64,000 nucleotides of DNA from Azolla caroliniana. Lineage: Eukaryota; Plantae; Polypodiophyta. The stretch covers positions 12,710,001 through 12,774,000 of the forward strand of contig JBHGNT010000005.1 in assembly GCA_043228905.1 (NCBI GenBank), in the 5' to 3' direction. Position 1 is the stretch's first letter. Every line of letters starts with the position of its first letter. The position numbers were made by a program, and so were the translations under genes. This document shows positions 36,301 through 49,500 of this stretch, in pieces. Under the pieces are notes generated by a model that made no database searches, was not told where the DNA came from, and worked only from the letters and a program-made list of their open reading frames with translations.

Positions 36301-39300
36301 AGAATGCATTCTTACAAGGTGAGCTTGAGGAACAGGTGTACATGGTACATCCCCCTGGATTTCACTCCGGAATGAACACGTCGGCAGTGTGCTGATTGAA
36401 GAAGTCCCTTTACGGATTCAAGCAAGCCCCACGTGCCTGGAACGCGAAGATCACGCAGCAACTGCATCGGATGGGCTTTGCAACGTCAAAATTGGACTCT
36501 TCCCTGTTCATCTGGAAAGCTCGACTCGGTCTGGTCAGTATTTTACTATATGTTGATGACTTGGTCATCACCGGCACCAACCTAGGTGAAATTGACCGCG
36601 TGAAGCTCCAGCTTGCGGCATCATTCGACATGAAGGATCTGGGGGACCTTCATTACTTCCTCGGGATCGAAGTTATCCGCACCCCCGAAGGCATACTAAT
36701 CAGCCAACGTCATTACGCGCTGAATATGCTCTTCAAATTCGGGATGGCAGACTGTAAGTCTGTCTCGACTCCTCTGGATAGAACCGTCAAACTTCGCCCC
36801 AATTCCGGAAAGGTATGTGACCTGACGAGGTTCCGACAAATTGTCGGAAGCCTTATCTACTTGACAATCACTCAACCCGATCTCAGTTATCCAGTCGGGA
36901 TGATCAGTCAATTCCTGGCACGACCTACCGTGCAGCACCTTCAGTGTGCGCAACGCGTACTGCGGTACGTAAGCGGCACTAAGGACGGGGGACTGTTATA
37001 TCGGACCGGTACAGCCTCGCAGTTGGTCGGCTACACCGATGCTAATTGGGCTGGCAACGCCGCCGATCGCCGATCCACGTCCGGATACGCGTTCTCTCTT
37101 GGGAGTGCTGCGATAGCGTGCAGCATTAAGAAGCAGCTGACAGTTGCACTGTCCAGCACCGAAGCTGATTATAGAGGAGCGGTTGTCGCGACATGCGAAG
37201 CCATATGGTTGAAGTGGCTACTTAAGGATCTGCACGTGGAGGTGTCCGATCCAACGACTATCTACTGCGACAACCTCAGCAGCATCCAGCTCGCCAAGTA
37301 CCCCGTTTTCCACGCACGGGACCAAGCACATTGAGGTGCACTACCATTTTGTCCGTGAGCGTGTCCTTTCTGGTGAAGTTGAACTTCAGTATGTTCCGAC
37401 GGATCGGCAAACTACCGACATCTTCACCAAGCCTCTTGGTCTGGACAAGTTGCAGCAATTCTCGGGTATGCTTGGGTTGCGTCACCTCGATGTGCCGAAC
37501 TTGAGGGGGAGAGACGTCCTGAATGACCACGAAAGAGGGAGAGAAGTTCTGGAAGATGAAGACCGCGACACCGAGTCGGATGACGAATTCGACTTCGGAT
37601 TGACTGAAGAAGTTGAGGGCGGATCCGCGGAAGAGTCCAAAAGCGGACATAAGGGGAGCAGCCGAAAGAAAGAGCCAAAGCCAATCAAGCATGGGGGAGA
37701 TGACGCCATGAAGGGCAAGAAGACCAAAGATGAGTTGGAGACAACCAACTCGGACGAGAGCGAAAACCGATCAGAGGTAGCCGAGTCAGTTCGGATGTTT
37801 GATTCGGATACACCAAATCAACCGAGGGCCAAGTGGAAAAGAAGGCAGCAGGAGAAGCGTCAACACCACAACAACAAGGGAGTTGTGAAGGGCCGTGTGA
37901 GCAGACAAGCCGACAAGACGGGTTGAAACGCGCGGAGTCGAACAGGTCGAGGAGCGCGAGCGAGGCATGGAGCCAGGAGGAACCAGAGCGGTGATCCCAA
38001 AGATCCCGAAGAGCCTCAAGTTGAGCTTGAGGGGGAGTGTTGAGAGACAAGCTCAACATCGGCCGGATCAGCTGAGCAAGCCGAGGACCGGATCGGTTGG
38101 GACCGATCGGTTAGGCCGGATCGGTTGGAAACCGGTACGCAGACCGGTGTGTAGGAAGGCCGGATCGTGCGAAAACCGGGAGGCCATCAGAAAGATATTC
38201 CGCAAGGAATATATTTTGGAGTTAGTGTAGGGGATCCTCAATGAGCATTGAAGTACTGTCAGTACTTCTGTCAGTCCGAAAAGGACTTGTATAAAAGTGT
38301 TCATTGAACATGCACGATGTACAGCTAGACAAATATTTGTATTCACGACACTCCCAATTACATTATAAAACTCTTGTAGTGATTTCAACACATCCTCATT
38401 AATAATCAACTCTGGCCCAATCAAAGTCTTAAAATGAGTAATACATAACTCAATAACCTTGATTCATTCTACAACAATGTTATCCCCTATCTTAATTTGT
38501 ACCACATTTGAACAAGCATATGGTGGTCTTAATCCTTGAAAAACATATGAGATTGTGATTGATTATCTATAAATCCCTCATTTAATTGACGTAGTCTTGT
38601 CTGTTGATAACTTTGACCAGACAAATTCTTCACAATGTCCTGTACTTGAACTTGAACATCCAGAAGCTCTTCATCATGCAGATTATTCATCAATAGTACA
38701 TTGCATCACATACGAATATATGAAAACTTATCAATCAATTTCTTACATCTTTTAGCATTAGTCATACCATACAGATGGTGAGTATCATCGATGTTTTGTA
38801 GTGTTGTATCCCATGCATGCCATCCTTTTGAGATAACTTGTTTTGAAAACATGCCAAAAAATTGTTGCATATAGGCATCAAATAAGGAATGTAATAATAA
38901 AGAAGAATTAAACCTCAAAAGAACTTGATCAAGCAATGTTTTGTACATATCTACCCCATGTTTATTGAACTCAAAACATATGGGAAAATGATCCGATGTC
39001 ACAACCTCTTGCATAATTGACATATTAAGCATCTTTGGTAAAAAGGACTCATCATGCATAACATACATTCTATCTAACCTACTCCATGTTTCCTTATATT
39101 GCATAGATTGAAATGTAAACCCAACCTCATCTTGATGCAACCATTTCCATACATCCAACTTCAAAACCTCTGATGCCAAATTGTCCCAAATTGCTTGCTT
39201 AGGAGAATCCATTAATGAGAATCGTGAAGTAGATTGTGAAGCATCAACACACATATTAAAATCACCCATTAACAAACTAACACGGCCCACTAATAACCGT

Positions 39301-41250
39301 GGATACATTGAAGACCATAACTCAATGCATTGAGTAGCATTATTGGGTGCATAGATTCCTACCAACCATATCAAATCCTCAAAATACTTGACTTCCATCA
39401 ACAAAAAACATCCATATGGATCATTATAGACTATATGTGGACAAAAAAAATCACAAATAATCATGACAACCCCTGAGTAATGATGTGATAATTGTCCTGC
39501 ATAATATGCGGAATATCCACGCAAATGTAACACAAATCCTGCTAAATCATGACACTTATGTTTAACTACACATAAAACATCTCATTCTTTATCAAATAAA
39601 GTTTTCCATAATATATATTTCTTATGAGGAAAAGATGCCCCTCGCACATTCCATGATACCACATTCATTTAACACCTTTAGTAAGAACTTGCTCTTTATG
39701 AGCAAGTGTATTCATGAATGTACTAACTACTTTTTCAAGAGCTACATAAGGATTCGTCTATACTACATCCCCTCCAACAATATTAGGATTTTGTTGTCTC
39801 ACTCCACGAGAATGAAGTCCTTGATTTAATTGAGGTCATACCACCCTTCCTGAAGAATTGAATTTTAATTGGTTGGATAATCTCAGATTTTGCACTTGTT
39901 TCTGCCAAGGATTTTTCTTAAACCCGTCATTCAATCTCAAATTATCTTTTGATAATGCCTTACCATTAGTATTTTTTGTGTCCCTTTGTATGGCAACACC
40001 CTTCCCTTTTATCTTATGCTTCACTTGGTGCCACGCTCCATCTTCAACATCTGGGTCATCATTAATGCATACTCCATTCTCCTCCCCAACACCTCTAACA
40101 TGACCATGAACTTTAGGATCTTGCTCTAACCCATGAGATGTTCCCTCATTCATGACCATATCAACCATATTTTTCCCCTTGACATTATTTTCTAGGGATA
40201 GTTCACCATGAGATTGGCATTCATCCATAAAATGCCCCAGTTTACCACATTTAAAACAATGTCCTGCAAAGGTCTCCCATTGAACCTTAAAACGAAATCG
40301 ACCAAATCGAGATGTATCTATACTCAACCATCCTGGAAATTTAAAACTTGTATCCCATAACATGCAAAATCTACATTTGTTCAACGAATTTACATGAGGA
40401 GCAACCAAAACTATACACATTTGAGACATCAATCCTAGTAGTAAATCCCAAAAGAATGAGTTACTGCAATCAATGGTAATAAATCTTTATAATCCACCAT
40501 TGGAACCCATTCCATCACATGCATTATTCTTCTATAAAAAAAGATAGGTATCTTTGCCATCAAAACCGTACGATGTTCTGACAATCGAAAAACCACGTCA
40601 TAAAAACCTCTTGGAGCCACATAAACATCATCAACATAATTAGGCATTATAAATGAATTCAACCACTTCTTAATCCATGATACCAAAGGAAGTTTGCTAG
40701 TGAAATACAAAATAACACCACGATCATAGAACCTGCCAAAAGTTGCTAACATAGACTTGGTCTCCATCACCACCTCTACAACATCCATCTCCACACAATC
40801 TATAACATCTTTCTCACTTTTTCCCATAAAATCAGAAAGCAAAGCCTTAACAAAATCACGACGACTGTCAATATTATAATCATCTCCAATAATATCTTTC
40901 CCACCAACAATAGCAGCATATGGTGTTTTCTCATGTTATGTAGAATCGATACACTTTTGCCTCTTGTAATTTTCATAACCATAATTACTAGCATATCCAT
41001 CAACAACCATCAACTCACTTCCTATTGTTGTGTCAGCCATCCTAACAGAGATTGAGAAAACTAACCTGAGATGATAACGATTTTTCTTGTAGATTCTCGT
41101 AATGATAACGAAACATAGTATCCAAATAATCCTTTTACAGCTCTCTAAACGAGCTTCGCAATGAGCCAAAAATCATAAAAATCGGAGTTCTGAGTACAAC
41201 GTTACATCATAAACATGTTTCAACACTATTCTTGGAACGTCGTCACTTTT
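30360..41250 (-). mobile_element. Degenerate L1-like LINE, interrupted by Copia G
   Basis: ORF1 with a CX2CX4HX4C knuckle (~41040-39836), APE endonuclease GIYAPN/MGDFN/SRLDR/SDHFP (39533-38706), RT WRPISL/LDLEKAYD/RQG.PLSP/DD (32689-32045) and a zf-RVT-like remnant (30999-30544). AATAAA at ~30363-30368. Flanked by CT-rich microsatellites. Confidence 0.88.
32811..38324 (+). mobile_element. Copia G, degenerate, inserted in the LINE ORF2
   Basis: 5' LTR 32811-~33230 (its end and the PBS are deleted) and 3' LTR 38038-38324 (truncated). Gag, AP, INT, RT and RH fragments with many stops. Confidence 0.9.
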
Positions 41251-41272
41251 TTTCCTGCTCCTCCTCCTCCTC

Positions 41273-41310
<38 letters not shown>

Positions 41311-42377
41311 CTCCTTCTCTACATTTTTCTTTCTCTTGCCAAAGGGAAAGGGACAAAATAATTTCCTTAAATACCCCTTTGTACTAGAAGGTTCCGAGGA
41401 GTCCATGATAGATAGCAATGGACTTGAAGGTAACCAAGGAGTTGAAGGTTCCTAGGAGTCGAAGATAGATGATGTTGATGACGATGCGAACAATGAATGA
41501 AAGGAGAAGTTAATCCCACATTTAATGGTATGGCAAAAAACACTAAACACATGATTTGAACGTCCAAATCAGACTATTAGTTGGAACGAGTTTTGTTTTA
41601 AAAATGTCGAGTTGGATTCAACTAACTAATGACACTAATGCATTGGCTGTTATAAGGAAATTAGTAAACAAAAATAGGAAATGGGAGATGATGGCGGTGG
41701 TGTGAGCTTTTAGTGAGGGTGAGTTGAGCAGACCATTAGGACCATGACTACTACTACTAAAGGCTAAGACACCTCGGAGTAGTGTGTTTGGGTTGCTCCA
41801 TACTCCCTTCAAACAGTCAATAAGCGAGCAAGTCGAATATCGTCACGAAGTTGTCCATGTGTAACGAGCTTGCTCATGATGAAGTCCATGCCGACCACCT
41901 ACGTAGAAAAGGAGGTAGCAAAGAAGAAGTGAATGAAATGATATAGATCCCTACGAAAATCCAAGGTCAAGCTCCAAAATGCCGAAAAATGAATGTAAAA
42001 AATGGAGAGCCCCTTCTTCTCCAAAATGTCAAAACCCAAAAAGGAAAAACTCAAGAAGAAGTTGAAGAAGCCAAAAAAATCGAAGAGGGCCCAAATTGAA
42101 CTTTGCACCAAAAGTACTAAATCAATGGCTCTAATCACTAAGCCATTCATTATTATTAATTATAATTATATTTTCGTAATTACATATTGTGGCCCCTTTT
42201 TGTTTTTCTTTTTCCCACATTTGAACCTTTGGGCATACCACAACACGACATCCACCTACCAAACCCCAAATCCTCGGGTATGTACCAAGAATGGTGTAAC
42301 CAAAGGTGGTCAACCTTTGATTTCCTCCTCTTCATTTCCCTCACAATCCGTCTCTTGTTGTCTTCATGTTCATCTTT

Positions 42378-43505
42378 TTAACATTCATCGAGATTTGGCT
42401 CATCTTCGTGCCACTTCTTCAAGATCTTAGCTTGTTTGCCTGAAATTGGTACTATTAGCCTTGTTTTGTTGAGCTCAGCAAGGTTGTAAGTGGCATTGTC
42501 GTTTACGTTTGTCACCACATTGTTGTGCAAGTGTTTGCCTCTCAAAACCCTAGCATAATGCATCTAGAGACACACAAGGCACATCATCATGGGACACCAT
42601 GACAACATCTATGAGATTAAGAAAGAACACAAACACAAAAGGGAATGAGTGGGTATGACAAAGAAAATCAATGAAGAAACATGAGAGGAGAAGATCTAAA
42701 TATTATATACATATAAATTCCCATTACATAAAAGAGGATTCATAAGATTTTACAATAATCCTCTAAGTTCAAGAAATAAGAGATTGGAAGTGACAAAGAT
42801 GTGTATCATAATCTATGAGAGAGGAAAGGAGGATGAACATAGAGTATATTAACAAGGCGGAGATAAAAAACTCACACTACATCAAGAGAGATATTCAAAG
42901 GCTATCCTATTCTCAAGCCTTCCACACTCATATAAAATAGGGGGCTTAATTATTAGTGCTTGTATGTATCTTGCCAAGTGCCGCACATGTAGCACTTCAG
43001 CCACTTTCCTTTGCATGCAACTGATAGGGCTTCCATTTTGGGAATGAAGACGGTTGAGTCTATCCACAAACCCTTTAGATAGAAATTTGTAGTATGTCGC
43101 GCAAAACATTGACGGCGTATTGTAAAGGCACTCTTTGACTATGTCACACCAATTCACCTTAATTCTTCAAATCTACCTTCAACTAAAGCATCCATCATCA
43201 TGCCTAAAGTGTCATAACCAGCTTGTATCCATATGTTACTATCTTTTAGCCACTTTGTTGAGCACAAGTATTAACAACACAACAATGTACTGGCCAATCA
43301 CCTAGTAACCTTCTTGGGGTGTGATTAGTATGTACACAATCACCTAGTAACCTTTTTTTATCTTCTTGGGGTGCAATTAGTATGCCTTGTCGAATCTACT
43401 CTTGTTCTTGAGCCTAACTGCTTCTAGCCTTTCCAATTCCAACTCCAACTCTTTTGGCCTTCTCTCAAGTTGTCTTATCCTTGTTGCCATAAGCTCTTTT
43501 CAACT
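42378..43505 (-). pseudogene. Old Gypsy integrase C-terminal remnants split by unassigned sequence
   Basis: RIRQLERRP..RLKNKSRFD at ~43385-43505 and VVTNVNDNATYNLAEL..ISGKQ.K at 42378-42520, homologous to the end of the Gypsy A integrase. Confidence 0.65.
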
Positions 43506-46500
43506 TATGCAAATCCGGTTCACGCATCTCGGGTGCTTCATCGAGGAAGAAGTCCAAATTATTGCGCAAGGGAGTAGAGATGGGAGGATGTTCATCCTCG
43601 ACTCCAATGACGTAGGGACCGCCATGTTCGCAACAGGCAAAACGTCGAGTCAGATATCGACTTGTGGCATAAACGGATAGGCCACGTCAACTATCAAAGG
43701 CTTCAGTACCTGCAATCAAAACAAGTTATGTTCGGATTGCCGAAATTCAGTGGTCGAAAGGCCCAAATTTGTGAAGCATGCCAACTAGGGAAGAAACACT
43801 GACTTCCTTTCCCCAACGAGCGTAATCGGAGCTGAAATAAGCTCGACTTGATACATTCAGATGTATGGGGACCGGCACAGAACGTGAGTCTTGGCGGGAG
43901 TCGATATTTTGTCTCCTTCATCGACGAGTACACCCATCATACATGGATCTACCTCATCGAAAAGAAGAATGACGTCTTCGACTGTTTCTGGAACCTCAAA
44001 AATCTTATCAAAAGGGAAACAGGGACGAAGATCAAGTGCCTACGGTTGGATGGCGGAAAAGAGTACTTTTCCGGCCAATTCAACGGTTATCTGCAACAAA
44101 TAGGAATTTGGCGCGAATTCAGTTGCAGGTATATGCCGGAGCAAAATGGCGTAGCCGAAAGGAAGAATCGACCGGCTGTGGAAGCGGCGTGGGCAATGCT
44201 GGAAGAAAACAGCATGCCCAAGTTCTATTGGGCCGAAGCGGTCCGAACCGCGGTCTACCTCCAGTATCGAATTGGCGAAAAAGTGTCGTCACATGAGTTG
44301 TATTTCGGAAGGAAGCCGAATCTACGACACCTGAGGGTTTTCGGTAGCATTGCGTATGTGCATGTGCCGAAGGAGAAGCGGAGGAAGTTGGACGCAAAAG
44401 TCGAGAAGTGTATCTTGGTCGGCTACTCGAACGAACAGAAGGGTTATAAGTGTTATAACCCCCGAACCAAATAAGCTCGCGTAAGTCGCGATGTCGTGTT
44501 CGATGAGTTCGTTTCTTGGTATTTGCCTCCGACTCCGGACCGCAACTCCAATCCGATGTCTGAAGATGAGGTCAGCAAGGTGGAGATGCCTCCTGATGAA
44601 TGCGAAGTCGGAACTCTTGAAGAGAGCATGATCAAATTTCGGCTACGTGGACCGAATGAGCGACTGAGTCGGTTTGACCAGTCAGATGAAGAGTCGGCGA
44701 CTAGTGGAGACTTGGTCGTGCATTCCCCGCGTAGGAAGCCGAAGAGATGGCTTACACGCAAAGAAAAGGGAAAGAAGAAGATGTCGGATTATGGCACGGA
44801 TAGGGATGAGCCGGATCGACGCGAATCTGACTTCGAGAAGAGCGATGACGGGCCTTCAAGAGCGTAGCCCACGTCAGCCAGAACAGCCTCAACATCGGCT
44901 AATGAGCAATTACGCCGATCTACCCGCCAGAAGAACCCTGTTGTGCGGTTCAGATACAACGAGTACATGGCGCATCACTATGCGTACATGACACGTGTAG
45001 CGGAAGTGCGTGAGCCAGAGAGCTACGCAGAACCGGCAAAGGACGCAAATTGGCGTGCCGCCATGGAGGAAGAGATGAACGCACTTGCGGAGAATGAAAC
45101 CTGGGACCTGGTTGAGGCCCCCAAGTGTGTAAAGACGATTGGCTGTAGGTGGGTGTACAAGATCAAGTACAACACCGACAGTTCGGTCAACCGATACAAG
45201 GCCCGGTTAGTAGCAAAAGGCTACGCGTAGCAACACTGCATCGATTACGATGAGACGTTTACGCCAGTCGCGAAGATGACGATCGTCCATGTTTTGCTTG
45301 CGGTAGCTGTGGCAAAGGGGTGGCACTTACATCATATAGATGTAAAGAATGTGTTCCTGCAAGCCGATCTTGAGGAACAAGTGTACATGGTATAGGCCCC
45401 CGGATTTCACTCTGGAACGAACACTTCGGCAGTATGCCGGTTGAAGTAGTCCCTGTATGGACTAAAGCAAGCCCCGCGTGCCTGGAACGCGAAGATCACG
45501 CAGCGATTGCATCGGATGGGATTTGCGACATCCAAATCGAACTCTTCATTGTTTGTCTGGCAAGGTTGACTTGGGCCAGTTAGTATTTTACTCTATGTTG
45601 ATGACTTGGTCATCGTCGGCGTCAACCTAGGTGAAATTGACCGTGTAAAGCTCCAGCTTGCGGCATCATTTGATATGAAAGACCTGGGGGACCTTCATTA
45701 CTTTCTCGGGATCAAAGTGATCCGAACCCCTGAAGGCATATTGATTAGCCAACGGCATTACGTGTTGAGTATGCTCTTCAAGTTCGGAATGGCAGAATGT
45801 AAGTTCGTCTCAACTCCTCTGGACAGAACCGTGAAGCTTCGCCCCGAATCCGAAAAGGTCTGCGACCCGAAAAGGTTCTGACAGATTGTCGGAAGCCTCA
45901 TATACTTGACTATCACCCGGCCGGACCTCAGTTACCTGGTCAACTTGATTAGTCAGTTCATGGCGCGATCAACCGAGGAGCGCCTCCATTGCGCGCAACG
46001 TGTACTCAAGTACGTCAGTGGCACTAAGGACCGGCGGTTACTATATCGGACCAGTACTGCTGCACAGCTAGTCGGCTATACGGATGTTGACTGGAGCGGA
46101 AACCCCGACGATCGCCGATCCACATCCGGATTCGCGTTCTCCCTTCGGAGCGCCACGATCGTGTGGAGTAGCAAGAAGCAATTGACGGTTGCACTGTCGA
46201 GCACAGAGGCCAAGTATCTAGGAGCAGTTGTCGCAACATGCGAAGCCATCGGGCTAAAGCGGCTACTTAAGGATCTGCAGGTGGAGGTGTCCAATCCGAC
46301 GACGATCTACTGCGACAACCTCAGTAGCATCCAACTTGCGAAGAACTCCGTCTTCCACACCTGGACTAAGCACATTGAGATGCACTACCACTTTGTCCGC
46401 GAGTGTGTCCTCTCTGGTGAAGTCGAACTTCAGTATGTTCCGACGGATCGGCAAAACGCCAACATCTTCTTGAAGCCCCTTGGTCTAGACAAGTTGCAGC

Positions 46501-49500
46501 AATTCTCAGGTGTGCTTGGGTTGCGGCACCTCGACGTGCCAAACTTGAGGGGGATAAAAATCCCGCAAGACCACGGAAATGAGCACGAAAGGAGCGGAAG
46601 TGACCGCGACACCACATCGGATGACAAATTCGATTTAGTGTCGGTTGAAGAAGCCGAAGGCGGATCCGCGGAAGAGTCCGAAAGCGAACGAGAGGGCAAC
46701 ATCCGAAAAAAAGAGCCGGAGCCATCTAAACATGGGGGAGATGAAGCCAACAAGGGCGAGAAGGCCAAAATTGAGGATGAATTGGAGATAGCCAATTCGG
46801 AGAAAAGAGGAGACGAATCGAAGACAACCGATTTGGCTCGGATGTTTGATTCGGAGACGTGGAATCAACTGAAGGCCAAGCAGAAGAAAGGGCAGCAGAA
46901 GAAGCGCCAACATCGTGACAACAAGGGAGCTGGAAAAGGCCGCACGAGTAGACAAGCCGACTATAAGGGTCGAGGCGCGCGGAATCGAACAAGTCGAGGA
47001 GCGCGAGTGAGGCGTGAAGTCAAGAGAAACCGGAGCAAAGGACCGGAAGAGCCTCAAGTTGAGCTTGAGGGGGAGTGTTGAGATACAAGCTCAACATTGG
47101 CCGTAAACCGATGCGCAACAAGAGGTCGTTGAACAGATATTCCGCAAGGGAATATATTTGGGAGTTAGTGTAGGAGCTCAGTTATGAGAATTGAAGTACG
47201 TTGTCGTGGAGAAAACCGTCCCTAGGCAGAAACCGGTTATAACATGCATAAACCGGCCCTTACACGTGGGCACAAGTTTTGTTGTATAGAACATAGACAG
47301 GTACAAGTCAGCTGAGGTGAAATCCCAAGTAGCATGCATTCATTAGGGAGAAAATCGAGGCGTATCCCTGTTCGAAAGGACAAGGAATAAACATGATGTA
47401 ACGGGTGGTAAGGACCTCCCTCCTTGGGCTGTAAAAGAGAGGGAGAGGTATTGTAAAAGGGGGTATCACGTTTGTGGAGGACGAAGTGCTGCCGGACTGG
47501 AACCAAGCTCTTCTCCTCTATCTTCTCCATAGTCGTTCTGTGCAGGTTTTCGGGAGGCTGACTCTGCTCCGCAGAACGCCCGAGTGCTTCCGGTAGAGTC
47601 TCCATCTCGGGTTGTGTGTGTGTGTGTGTGTAGGCATCGGAGCCTATCACTCGCCGGCTTGCCGGTTGTAACTCCTTGATTTGAATATACCTATACATTT
47701 GTTCTATCTCCATTTTTCAGAGTTAGTTGCAACTCTTGTGAATCTGTGTGTTTGTGCGCGTGTGAAGTACATCGGTAGTTTCCTTCCCCTCTTCTTATTC
47801 GGTTATTTCTCGGTCTAAGGCCCTCGTGGTCCCGCCTCATTCTCCACGCACGCGCGTAACAACACGACATATTTGGTGAACCCGACGTGAACAAGCGGCA
47901 GAGGAATAGAAAGATGAGAGGGTTGGATCTTGCAGAAGCCATGGCTTCGGCTATGGATCGGATAGTGAGTGTGCACAAAGCCACAAGCGCCCTCGATAGG
48001 GCTATTGAAGCAGTCGTCGGCACGATAGGCTGGTTCGGTGGGAAGGACGCCACAAGCTACCTGGAGGCTTACCGAGCCGAAATGGTAATGAGGGACATCC
48101 CGGAGGACAGGCGATTGGCCGGATTCCCTCGGGTGGCGATGTCGGGCATCCACGTGGAGGTGCTTGAGGTACGGGCTGAGAGTCAGATGTGGGATTAGTT
48201 TGAAGGTCGGCTCCTTGAAAAATACGGGATTGATGACGTGCTTTGGCTATCGAAGTGGGACTTCATGGAATGGGTGGAGACCCCCGAAAAGGGGAGAAAC
48301 GCGTCGGTGCTCCTTCAGGAGTTTGAAGAACGCTTCGCACGTCTTTCGGCGTTGGACCAGACCGTACTGGACACAAGTCATGTCCTATTGTTTGTTAGAT
48401 CGGTGGACGTAAGGGACCGGGAGCAAGTGGGCTTCATGTTGGATACCGATGACGGCCTAACAACCGACTAGGTTGTGGTAAAGAGAGTCTACGGCTGTTC
48501 TGACAAACGGCATGAGTGGGTCGATAAAGGCTTGAGGGGGGCAGGTTCTGTTGCGACAAGGAAGGTCGAGGTACCCCACCGGCGCGAAGGGAAGAGACCC
48601 GAGACTGGCTCGATTTCGACCAGCATGGTCAAAGGCTCGTCCGGACGAGCTGACTCAGATGGTGAGGGACCTCCAGATTGCACAAGCACGGAGGGATGGT
48701 GGCGAACAAGTCCGTGACCGAAGGCCTCCGACTGGGAACCGGTGCTTGTGGTGCGATGCGGTCGGCCACGCCCGAAAGGACTGCGGGGACTTCGCTGAAA
48801 CGATAAGAGCTAACGTGGTGTACCTATGGAATGCTCGGGTGCACGCTAGCGAGACCTGAACGGCCCTGGATCTGAATGTCGGACGAGGGGGTATGAAACG
48901 GCTGATGGAAAAAGTGGCGGCTCGCCACGCGGAGACTGTCCACTATTTGGCATCGGCTCGAATCCGGGTCAGAAGTTATGACGTCCGGAAGACAAAGGAA
49001 GCTTGATTCTGGCCGTTGATGTTGGAAGGCCTCGCCGGCATACAACTGAGGAAAGAGGAAGCGGACCGCACGGAAAGACAGGTCCGGGAGGCAACCGGGT
49101 GGGGTGACCCAGTCGAAGAGAAGACGGGCTTCATTGAAGCCGCTTACGAAAACTACGAGATTCTAGTGGAGGACAAGCGTGCGGGTAAGACCGGAGGGGC
49201 CGGACCCTCACAACGGTATGAGACCCGGTTCGGGCAAAAGCAGAATGATGCTTGTGCGACCGGCGCACCAAATAAAGCCAAGAGGGCCGGGTACCGATTG
49301 AGCACGGACATCGAGAGCACCACGGACCTGCGAAAGGTCCTCGAGGAACGTATCCTCGACAGCAAAGTGAAGTTGTCACTGAGGGAAGTGCTCGGAATTG
49401 CCAAGAAGGAGTTCCACGACTCCATCGTGGACTTGGTGAAGCGGAAAAGGCTTTCGATAGAGCCGAAGCCGGAGAAGCCGGTGGAGGTGCGAACGACGCA

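Noticed and set aside
41340-42370. Host gene exons
   Set aside because: No coherent ORF or domain. It looks like decayed LTR/retroelement sequence but could not be assigned.
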